Assembly (NCBI GenBank): GCA_945787715.1
Contig: CALZJE010000002.1
Coordinates: forward strand, 12,417 to 76,416
Length of the DNA stretch: 64,000 nucleotides
Reading direction: 5' to 3'
DNA from: an uncultured Ectothiorhodospiraceae bacterium
GTDB lineage: Bacteria > Pseudomonadota > Gammaproteobacteria > S012-40
Position numbers and translations under genes: made by a program
Shown: in pieces, positions 22,069 through 28,596 of the stretch
Layout of the letters: the number at the start of each line of letters is the position of its first letter
Numbering within the stretch: the first letter of the stretch is position 1
Notes under the pieces: model-generated
Told to the model about the DNA's origin: nothing
Seen by the model: the letters and a program-made list of their open reading frames with translations, nothing else
Database searches by the model: none

Positions 22069-23409
22069 ATGTCTTTAACGTTTGATCAACATTCTTTGTG
22101 GACCCACTTGGCTCCTCTGTTAGAAAAGTTTCAAAAAAACAAACCAATTAAAATAACAGTAGGATTTAGTGGGGGGCTGGACTCTACTGTTCTCTTACAT
22201 GCTCTCAATCAACTAAAAATTGATCAAAGAGATTTTCAATTATCCGCATTCCATGTAAACCATCAACTTCAAAAAGGCGCAGATAGTTGGGAATATTTTT
22301 GTCAACATTTTTGTCAGAAATATTCTATCTCTTTTCACAGTGCCCGAGTTATTATCGACAGAGATAGTAAAAGCGGCATAGAAGCCACTGCGCGTGATGC
22401 GAGATATCAAGCATTTCACGAACATCTCGGGGATCAGGAATTACTGCTTACTGCGCATCATTTAGATGACCATATTGAAACAGTGTTTCTCAAATTACTA
22501 AGAGGCACAGGCGTCGAAGGTGCTATGGGTATTTTGCCTTTTTCAAATTTCAAAAAACTCAATATTGTGCGACCCTTGTTGGCATTTGATCGAGATAGTT
22601 TATTACGCTATGCAGAAAAACAGGAATTGATGTGGATTGATGATCCTTCAAACGCTTCAGAGCAATTTGATCGAAACTATTTACGACGTAAAGTTTTACC
22701 TCATATCGAACAACGTTGGCCCGCATATAAACAAACAATTAATCGTTTTACTCAGAATGTAACAGATATAAATAATGTTACTCATGAGATTACTCAAGCG
22801 GATTATTCAACAACGTTTAATGAAAATGATGCTTCGTTAGACCTGCAAGCTTTAGCTAAGCTAACTATAGAACGGCAAAGTTTATTACTACGTTTTTGGA
22901 TAAAAGAATTGGGATATGAAGTTCCTAATCAGAAACATATTCAGCAAATCCTTAAGGGAGTTAATGCTCGTCATGATGCGAACCCACAAGTATGTTGGAA
23001 TGATGTGCAGATAAGGCGCTATCGAAGCAAGCTTTTTCTTTTTTCACGTGATGATCAATTTATCATGCAAGAATATAGTTGGGATTTGCGTGAACCGCTG
23101 TTTATCCCAGGAGTAGGTACTTTAGATGTCACTCATGTTGTTGGGGCTGGTATCAAAAAGGACTATTTTCAAAGGAGTGTGAACGTCAAGTTTCGAATTG
23201 GTGGAGAAGTTTGTCGGCCTCATAAGCGATCTCATGCGCATACACTAAAAAAATTATTACAAGAAAATTCTATACCACCGTGGCAGCGCGACAAATTACC
23301 ATTGATAGTTATCCAAAATGAAATCGCAGCGGTAGTAGGGGAGTTCTATTGTGATCCATTTTGCGCAGATGAAAATGAGCAAGGATTTGAAATCATAATA
23401 AGAACTTAG
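22069..23409 (+). CDS. tilS: tRNA(Ile)-lysidine synthetase
   Basis: PP-loop SGGLDS near the N-terminus, 446 aa, conserved position after accA. Confidence 0.9.
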   Translation: MSLTFDQHSLWTHLAPLLEKFQKNKPIKITVGFSGGLDSTVLLHALNQLKIDQRDFQLSAFHVNHQLQKGADSWEYFCQHFCQKYSISFHSARVIIDRDSKSGIEATARDARYQAFHEHLGDQELLLTAHHLDDHIETVFLKLLRGTGVEGAMGILPFSNFKKLNIVRPLLAFDRDSLLRYAEKQELMWIDDPSNASEQFDRNYLRRKVLPHIEQRWPAYKQTINRFTQNVTDINNVTHEITQADYSTTFNENDASLDLQALAKLTIERQSLLLRFWIKELGYEVPNQKHIQQILKGVNARHDANPQVCWNDVQIRRYRSKLFLFSRDDQFIMQEYSWDLREPLFIPGVGTLDVTHVVGAGIKKDYFQRSVNVKFRIGGEVCRPHKRSHAHTLKKLLQENSIPPWQRDKLPLIVIQNEIAAVVGEFYCDPFCADENEQGFEIIIRT

Positions 23410-23611
23410 CTAGTGTATAGGCTAATGGCAAGCATTTATTAATAAAATAGAGTAAATAAAAATAAGAAAAATATTCATTAGCAGCAATATTTAATCTGAG
23501 TATTCACTGGTTTGAAAGTTGACTCATGTTGAATCAATATAGTTTGAAAAAATTTTTTGGGGGGGAAGGTTGACGGGAGTTTCTGATAAGAAATTTAAGA
23601 AGGTTAGTCAT

Positions 23612-23653
23612 AAAAAAGGTGTATTAAACAGTTTGTTTAATACACCTTTTTTT
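23612..23653. terminator. Bidirectional intrinsic terminator (tilS on +, 37-codon gene on -)
   Basis: 12-bp perfect stem GGTGTATTAAAC/GTTTAATACACC (23618-23629 / 23635-23646), flanked by A6 upstream and T7 downstream. Confidence 0.8.
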
Positions 23654-23666
23654 ATATCATGTATGG

Positions 23667-23780
23667 CTAACCGTGGAACGCAAGACTCCAACCTAAAACA
23701 GCTAAACCAATTGTAGTCGCCGCTAAGAAAATAACGTATGCAGCATCGTCAGCCATAACATTAGTTCTTTTTTTTGACAT
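23667..23780 (-). CDS. Unannotated 37-aa single-pass membrane peptide (MSKKRTNVMADDAAYVIFLAATTIGLAVLGWSLAFHG)
   Basis: Read by hand, as it is below the ORF-track size cut-off. SD GGGAGA lies about 7 nt upstream of the ATG (cat 23778-23780). One hydrophobic helix follows a basic N-terminus. The terminator starts 14 nt after the stop. Confidence 0.55.
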   Translation of the reverse strand: MSKKRTNVMADDAAYVIFLAATTIGLAVLGWSLAFHG

Positions 23781-23799
23781 AGTATTCATCTCCCATGTA

Positions 23800-23827
23800 T
23801 TTATACAAATTTAAAATAAAGTTCCAA
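23800..23827 (-). promoter_or_regulatory. Possible sigma-70 promoter for the 37-codon gene
   Basis: On the minus strand: TTGGAA (23822-23827), a 16-nt spacer, then TATAAA (23800-23805). The background is AT-rich, so specificity is low. Confidence 0.3.
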
Positions 23828-23956
23828 TATAATTAGCGGCTTAAAATTCAACGTCTTTAGTCTTTCAATATTAATCTAGCGCAATTTTCTGTGTAAGGAT
23901 TCTCAGTATAATTTTCGAAATATACTGAATAGAAATTTTTATATTAAGTTTTTAAA

Positions 23957-23972
23957 TGTGCGGATTATCACA
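23957..23972. promoter_or_regulatory. CRP-type palindrome TGTGC-N6-TCACA
   Basis: 9/10 match to TGTGA-N6-TCACA, in an ORF-free spacer about 80 nt upstream of the 53-codon ORF. One such match per about 30-60 kb is expected by chance. Confidence 0.3.
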
Positions 23973-24045
23973 TTAATGATATTAACAATTGAGAGTTCAG
24001 AGGTCGATGTATTCATTAAGTTTCAAACTGTGACAAGGTTCTATA

Positions 24046-24207
24046 ATGAATAATGAATCTAAAAAAGATGATGTGAAAGAAATTAATTTTAGTGGCGCTG
24101 CAATTGTTGATGAAAATGGAAATGAAATAGCCATTACCGAAGAAATGCTTCAGAAAGCGTTCGAAAAATTCATAAATTTATCGATGCTACCTTCCTCACT
24201 CAGATAA
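24046..24207 (+). CDS. Unannotated 53-aa acidic protein (MNNESKKDDVKEINFSGAAIVDENGNEIAITEEMLQKAFEKFINLSMLPSSLR)
   Basis: Read by hand. Weak SD (AAGG, 8 nt upstream). The central G-x-x-I-x-D-x-x-G-x-E-I-x-I-T-E-E-M stretch reminds me of a family of short conserved gamma-proteobacterial proteins. That is from memory and unverified. Confidence 0.4.
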   Translation: MNNESKKDDVKEINFSGAAIVDENGNEIAITEEMLQKAFEKFINLSMLPSSLR

Positions 24208-24334
24208 TATAAGTTTAGTGAATTTAAGCTAGCCCGAAAATTTTATGTTGTGCAAGTGTATACTCAAAGGGCAGCGGAAATACCTAATATTCATAAATTA
24301 TCCGGACGAAAACAAATTGGGATTTTCTTGAGGT

Positions 24335-24370
24335 AAAAAAAAGAGCGCTCAACTTATTACGGAGCGCTCT
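24335..24370 (-). terminator. Strong intrinsic terminator, functional on the minus strand
   Basis: Stem AGAGCGCTC/GAGCGCTCT (24342-24350 / 24362-24370), 11-nt loop. The A8 run at 24335-24342 becomes a U8 tail on the minus strand. The + strand has only CTCTT after the stem. Confidence 0.75.
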
Positions 24371-24510
24371 CTTAAGGGAGGGGGGTCTATTGCACTTTAG
24401 TCAGCGCGGCGAACTAAGGGAGGGAGTGTTCGCCACACTTATAAAGTGTAAAGTCTCTAATCAACACAAGTATCTAAGGGAGGGGGTGATTCCTGTGTCT
24501 TTCAAGATGG
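24335..24510 (-). ncRNA. Candidate sRNA with three CCCUCCCUUA motifs (family not recognised)
   Basis: TAAGGGAGGG occurs on + at 24373-24382, 24415-24424 and 24475-24484. Two copies lie in hairpin loops (24408-24434 and 24464-24498) and one is single-stranded next to the terminator. There is no plausible ORF. The 5' end is only guessed from a CATAAT -10 at 24515-24520. Confidence 0.45.
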
Positions 24511-24552
24511 ACCTATTATGTCTCATATTTATCATTAATAAAAATAAAATAA

Positions 24553-24596
24553 AAGTATAAGAACGATAGATAAACGTAAATCTATTATTTATACTT
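24553..24596. promoter_or_regulatory. Nested dyad, candidate LysR-type operator
   Basis: AAGTATAA (24553-24560)...ATAGAT (24566-24571)-N8-ATCTAT (24580-24585)...TTATACTT (24589-24596). It lies between the LTTR start codon (24630) and the putative divergent sRNA promoter. Confidence 0.4.
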
Positions 24597-24629
24597 ATCT
24601 TCTATTTATTTCAAGTAAGAAACTCCGCT

Positions 24630-25586
24630 ATGGCTAAAATGAAAAATGCCACTTTTAGGCAATTACAAGTCTTTGAATCAATAGCAAGAAATCGCAGTTT
24701 TACTGCTGCAGCTAACGAGCTTCACCTCACCCAGCCTACAATATCTGTACAGATGAAAAAGCTTTCAGAAACAGTGGGAATACCACTTTATGAGGTAATG
24801 GGGAAAAAAGTTTTTATTACTGATATTGGAAATCAACTTTTGGAAACCTGTTATGGTGTGTTTAATGAGCTGGATAATTTCGAAATGTCCGTCGCCAATG
24901 CTCGTGGTGTAAAAGAAGGGGCACTTAAAGTGAGCGGTGTGACGACTGTTGAATATTTTGGCCCTAGAATTATTGGGGATTTTTGCCGTAAATATCCGGG
25001 TATAAAAGTCTCTTTAGAGGTTAAAAATAGGCAGAAGATTATTGATCGTATAAGAAAAAATCGTGATGATTTATATATCTGTGGACCTGTTCCATCTGAT
25101 CTTGAAGTGGAAGAAACGTTATTCTTAGATAATCCACTCGTTATTCTCGCATCACCCTTACACCCGCTTGTTGGAAAGAAAAATATTTCAATTGAAGAGT
25201 TGGCTGGAGAACAGTTTTTAAAAAGAGAAGAAGGTTGTGGAACCTATCTAATACTCGATAAAATTATCGGAGAAAAAGGAATCCATTTTCAAAGTAGCAT
25301 GGCGCTGGGTAGTAATGAAGCAATCAAACAAGGAGTGATTAGTGGATTAGGGATCTCTCTATTATCTCTCTATGCATTGACGCATGAGTTAGAGACCAAG
25401 CAGCTGGCGATTTTGGATGTTGAAGGATTTCCTTTTCATGACCAATGGCATATTGCTTACCCAAAGGGTAAGAAGCTCTCAATTGTCGCTCAGGCTTTTT
25501 ATGATTATCTGTTAGATGAAGGGCGTAAACTAACATCAGATCATTTATTTGACGTTCCCGGCTATAAAATAGATTATGAATTATAG
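24630..25586 (+). CDS. LysR-family transcriptional regulator (CbbR-like subfamily by sequence feel)
   Basis: N-terminal wHTH FRQLQVFESIARNRSFTAAANELHLTQPTISVQMKKLSE, 318 aa, and a C-terminal co-inducer domain with SNEAIKQGVISGLGISLLS. Confidence 0.85.
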   Translation: MAKMKNATFRQLQVFESIARNRSFTAAANELHLTQPTISVQMKKLSETVGIPLYEVMGKKVFITDIGNQLLETCYGVFNELDNFEMSVANARGVKEGALKVSGVTTVEYFGPRIIGDFCRKYPGIKVSLEVKNRQKIIDRIRKNRDDLYICGPVPSDLEVEETLFLDNPLVILASPLHPLVGKKNISIEELAGEQFLKREEGCGTYLILDKIIGEKGIHFQSSMALGSNEAIKQGVISGLGISLLSLYALTHELETKQLAILDVEGFPFHDQWHIAYPKGKKLSIVAQAFYDYLLDEGRKLTSDHLFDVPGYKIDYEL

Positions 25587-25615
25587 ATGAAACTGATATA
25601 GTAAATCATATCTAA

Positions 25616-25775
25616 CCCGGATAATTCATGAGTTTCACGTTTTCTCGCTTGCTCTTTGATTCTGCAAACAATTTTCTTCAATCGACCGGACACACCAGTC
25701 CGGCGCTCAATCAGAAAATAGTTTGTAAAATCAAACTGCTTCGCGATTAATTCGCGAATTCATGAAATATCCGGG
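25616..25775. repeat. 160-bp imperfect palindrome
   Basis: Arms CCCGGATAATTCATGA (25616-25631) and TCATGAAATATCCGGG (25760-25775). Central hairpin CCGGAC-N6-GTCCGG (25686-25703). The inner arms are about 65% complementary, and AATTCGCGAATT sits in the right arm. Confidence 0.6.
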
Positions 25776-25818
25776 CTAAATAACAATTGTATTAATAAAT
25801 ATTTATTTGAGGGATAAA

Positions 25819-26487
25819 ATGATTGAAATAATACCCAATTGGCATCCACTATTTGTACACTTTACCGTTGCTTTGCTATCCTTGGCCGTTTTGTTTTTTA
25901 TTATTGAAAAACCTATCCATGAAACCATAATGGGAGACAACTTCCTAGTTTTTGCCAGGTATTGTTTATGGTTAGGTGTGGCATTGAGTTTCATCACTGT
26001 TTTAGCAGGATGGAGTGCCTATAACTCTGTTGATCATGATAATCTTTCTCACTTGGCTATGACCGATCATCGCAATTGGGCGCTAAGTACTTTTGCTATT
26101 TTTGTTGTTGCTGCAATTTGGTTAGTTGCATCTTCAAAATTAAAAGAAGGAGCATCAATACTGTTCTTATTGGTTTTAATTATCGGGGCAGGTCTCTTGG
26201 GTGTCACAGGTTTCAAAGGTGCCGAGCTGGTATATAAATATGGGCTTGGTGTAGAGTCCCTACCGAGTAAAAGTGACCACAATTCCTCAGATGGTCACTC
26301 GCACGACCACAATGGCTCTCATGATAGTGAGCATTCATCATTGCCAATGGATGAAGATATGTCTATGGATTCAATGACTATGGATTCAATGACTATGGAG
26401 CAGGTTCAAGAGAATGTGCCTGTCATTGAGGAGATGCCCATAGAGCAAGAAGAAGATGGTATTACACGTCAGAAACTTGCTCCGTGA
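25819..26487 (+). CDS. DUF2231-like polytopic membrane protein with His-rich and Met-rich C-terminal tail
   Basis: N-terminal WHPLFVHFTVALL motif, 4 predicted TM helices, and tail SDHNSSDGHSHDHNGSHDSEHSS...MDEDMSMDSMTMDSMTME. ATG 25819 follows GAGGGA. Confidence 0.7.
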   Translation: MIEIIPNWHPLFVHFTVALLSLAVLFFIIEKPIHETIMGDNFLVFARYCLWLGVALSFITVLAGWSAYNSVDHDNLSHLAMTDHRNWALSTFAIFVVAAIWLVASSKLKEGASILFLLVLIIGAGLLGVTGFKGAELVYKYGLGVESLPSKSDHNSSDGHSHDHNGSHDSEHSSLPMDEDMSMDSMTMDSMTMEQVQENVPVIEEMPIEQEEDGITRQKLAP

Positions 26488-26619
26488 TAATTGGTTAGGC
26501 CAAGTAAGTTAGTTTATTATCATTTTTCGTATGATACTCCCTCTAGTCATTGCACAAATAAATCTCTAAATAATTTTACTTGCTCGAAAAATTATTTGTG
26601 CTCTAAAAAAGAGGGGGAG

Positions 26620-27171
26620 TTATTTAGATATACCAGGTTGCCATAGTACATCTGGGATATTGTCAGATTTGTTTAATATACGGGCTAATACAAAAAACAG
26701 GTCCGATAGACGATTAATATAAGTTAATGCATGGGGATTAACGTCTTCATATTCAGCAAGCGCTGACATCTCACATTCCGCGCGTCGACATACTGTTCTT
26801 GATTGATGGCAAAAAGAGGAAGCAATAGAACCTCCGGGGAGTATAAACTCCTTAAGGGGGCTTAGTTCGGTATTATAATTATCAAGCTCTGCTTCGATTT
26901 TACTAGTATATTCTGCTGGAATGCGACATTGCCCTGGTAAACACAGATCGCCTCCAAGATCAAAAATATGATGCTGAATTAACGTGAGTAGTTCGTTAAC
27001 TGAAGGATTAGTGCAGTGCGAAACCAGAATCCCCACTGAGGCATTTAACTCATCTAATGCGCCTATACAACGAATACGTAAGGAAGACTTTTTTACTCGA
27101 CTCCCATCTCCCAGCCCTGTTGTTCCTTTATCTCCAGTTCGAGTATATATTTTAGATAATCGGTGTCCCAT
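26620..27171 (-). CDS. ATP:cob(I)alamin adenosyltransferase, PduO/MMAB type
   Basis: 183 aa. KIYTRTGDKGTTGL N-terminus and a helical bundle (ALDELNASVG). Confidence 0.85.
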   Translation of the reverse strand: MGHRLSKIYTRTGDKGTTGLGDGSRVKKSSLRIRCIGALDELNASVGILVSHCTNPSVNELLTLIQHHIFDLGGDLCLPGQCRIPAEYTSKIEAELDNYNTELSPLKEFILPGGSIASSFCHQSRTVCRRAECEMSALAEYEDVNPHALTYINRLSDLFFVLARILNKSDNIPDVLWQPGISK

Positions 27172-27346
27172 TCCTAACCTTTTATGAAATTGATGTAATA
27201 TGAGTATGATTTTAAGCGTAGTTCCCTTGAAGTGAAAGCCTAATGTTTAAAAGCTTCATAAGTCTGTAAGATTCCTAGAATGATTTTTCTAGGATTATCG
27301 TATAGGTAGGATAGATATGTTTGGAGTGAATATATGGAATAAATTG

Positions 27347-28024
27347 TTATACAGTATAACTTAAATAATTATTTGTAGAGCGTGAGTTTGTTCCACCTAT
27401 CTCTTCATATGCCTTAATCGCATTGCGCTTGTTATTGTCAACATTATCGCTCTCAGTTGTTTTATTTTCTTCCTTTGATTTACTGATTTTTTCTTGTCGT
27501 TGTTCCGCGAGATCCACTCTCGCTTCCGATTCCATTTTGCTTGCTTCTGCAGCTACCTGCCTATCTTGGCTGGAAGGCTCAGCTGGTGCACGCGCTGCTG
27601 CTTGAATTTGTTGCGCCTTCTTTATAGTTGCTTCTGGATTATTAGGTATTGCACTCGTATCGATACTTACTTCACCACCAACAGCATAGTTTTTTCCATC
27701 GGGTCCACGTTGATATTGAAACTTCGCACCGCCAGTGGCGTATTGTCCGGCTGCTGCTAGGTGTGCAGCTTCGTGGGTTCTTACTTCGAGATCTCGTTGT
27801 TTAAGTTCTTGGACTTTTTTAAGTTCCTCTGCATTTGGCTCATTTCTTGTGTTGGTATTTGCAGTATTCGATTTATTATCATCGGATTTTCTATGTGTAT
27901 TTATTGATGAATTGTTTTCTACGGGGGCCGGAGATGTATTTTTTTGATCTTTATCTACAGTTTTACCTGCCTCTTGATGTACAGGTGAATAACTACGGAT
28001 TTGAGAGTAAGCGTGAATTTTCAT
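27347..28024 (-). CDS. SprA-related family protein with HExxH motif (putative metalloprotease)
   Basis: Core LKQRDLEVRTHEAAHLAAAGQYATGGAKFQYQRGPDGKNYAVGGEVSIDTS matches my memory of the SprA-related domain. Low-complexity polar flanks. No SD. It starts 18 nt after the upstream stop. Confidence 0.6.
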   Translation of the reverse strand: MKIHAYSQIRSYSPVHQEAGKTVDKDQKNTSPAPVENNSSINTHRKSDDNKSNTANTNTRNEPNAEELKKVQELKQRDLEVRTHEAAHLAAAGQYATGGAKFQYQRGPDGKNYAVGGEVSIDTSAIPNNPEATIKKAQQIQAAARAPAEPSSQDRQVAAEASKMESEARVDLAEQRQEKISKSKEENKTTESDNVDNNKRNAIKAYEEIGGTNSRSTNNYLSYTV

Positions 28025-28042
28025 AAGAATATATAGATAGAG

Positions 28043-28309
28043 TTACACCATTTCATCTAATAGAGTACCCAATACTCTATCTTGTACCGCTAAAAACTTT
28101 GATGATGCTTCAATTTGTATTTCTGCACTATTCATTTGTAGAACTGCGGACGTGAGAGTTTCATTCGATGACGATTTATCGGTGCCATATTCGGTATTCA
28201 CACTACTAGCGCTTATAGATGAGATGACTTGGGCACTATTGTTTACTGTTTTTAATCCGTGTTGTATACCATTTAGAGCTGTTTGAAAACCTGAAGAAAT
28301 AGGTGACAT
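28043..28309 (-). CDS. Small (88 aa) protein with termini reminiscent of flagellar axial/FliE- or YjfB-like motility proteins
   Basis: I prefer the second ATG (28309), which has AGGAGG 4 nt upstream. The track start is 28333. C-terminus LTSAVLQMNSAEIQIEASSKFLAVQDRVLGTLLDEMV and N-terminus SGFQTALNGIQHGLKTVNNSAQVI. The function call is weak. Confidence 0.5.
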   Translation of the reverse strand: MSPISSGFQTALNGIQHGLKTVNNSAQVISSISASSVNTEYGTDKSSSNETLTSAVLQMNSAEIQIEASSKFLAVQDRVLGTLLDEMV

Positions 28310-28343
28310 GCTTCCTCCTGTTAAAGAAGCCATATTCGTTAGT

Positions 28344-28370
28344 ATAGCGGACCAAATTTATTAACCTTTA
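28344..28370 (-). promoter_or_regulatory. Sigma-28 (FliA)-like promoter
   Basis: The minus strand reads TAAAGGTT-N11-TCCGCTAT, against the consensus TAAAGTTT-N11-GCCGATAA (7/8 and 5/8, correct spacing). It lies about 35 nt upstream of the preferred start of the small gene. Confidence 0.3.
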
Positions 28371-28596
28371 ATGTAGGAGCAAGTTCTTTGAGTTTGTGGT
28401 TTTTATGGTATCAGTTTTGAAATTAGTTTGAATAAATTGGCACTTTACTAATGATCGAATTCTCAGCACCAATATGAACTTGTTTTTAAGATTCAAATAA
28501 TTTGTGCAATCAAAGCATTACCGAGTAAAGATCGAAGGAGTAGCTGGCGATATAAAAGTGAATCGTGATTTTAAGTTGTTAGTTGAGGAAAATGTA

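Noticed and set aside
23559-23702. A G-run (GGGGGGGAAGG) followed by a TTG-initiated 47-codon ORF on the + strand after tilS.
   Set aside because: The start codon abuts the SD-like run with no spacer. The ORF also reads straight through the bidirectional terminator and antisense to the better-supported 37-codon gene.
24373-24484. A possible mini CRISPR array or other tandem repeat.
   Set aside because: The repeat core is only 10-15 nt, the spacings are unequal (42 and 60 nt), and there are no cas genes in the window.
24371-24500. The same repeats read on the + strand as a CsrB/RsmY-like CsrA sponge, with GGA motifs in loops.
   Set aside because: The motif is AAGGGAGGG rather than the A(N)GGA usually presented in short loops. 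There are only three copies. No + strand terminator follows, and the only good terminator is oriented for the minus strand. I keep it as the alternative hypothesis.
24297-24563. A + strand reading frame stays open through all three TAAGGGAGGG repeats. Each repeat reads L-R-E-G, the repeat spacings of 42 and 60 nt are multiples of 3, and TTG 24390, GTG 24426 and GTG 24486 lie in-frame after the SD-like motifs. The last would give a 24-aa hydrophobic, Lys-rich peptide.
   Set aside because: There is no ATG, and the best start gives only 56 aa. The SD-to-GTG spacing is only 2-3 nt. The tail (IFIINKNKIKV) is simply AT-rich promoter DNA. A strong minus-strand terminator and hairpins account for the region better. 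Coding is not strictly excluded, and Ribo-seq would settle it.
28438-28455. TGGCAC upstream of the HDOD gene as a sigma-54 -24 element.
   Set aside because: The required -12 TTGC element is absent at the correct spacing (the sequence is TGGCACTTTACTAATG).
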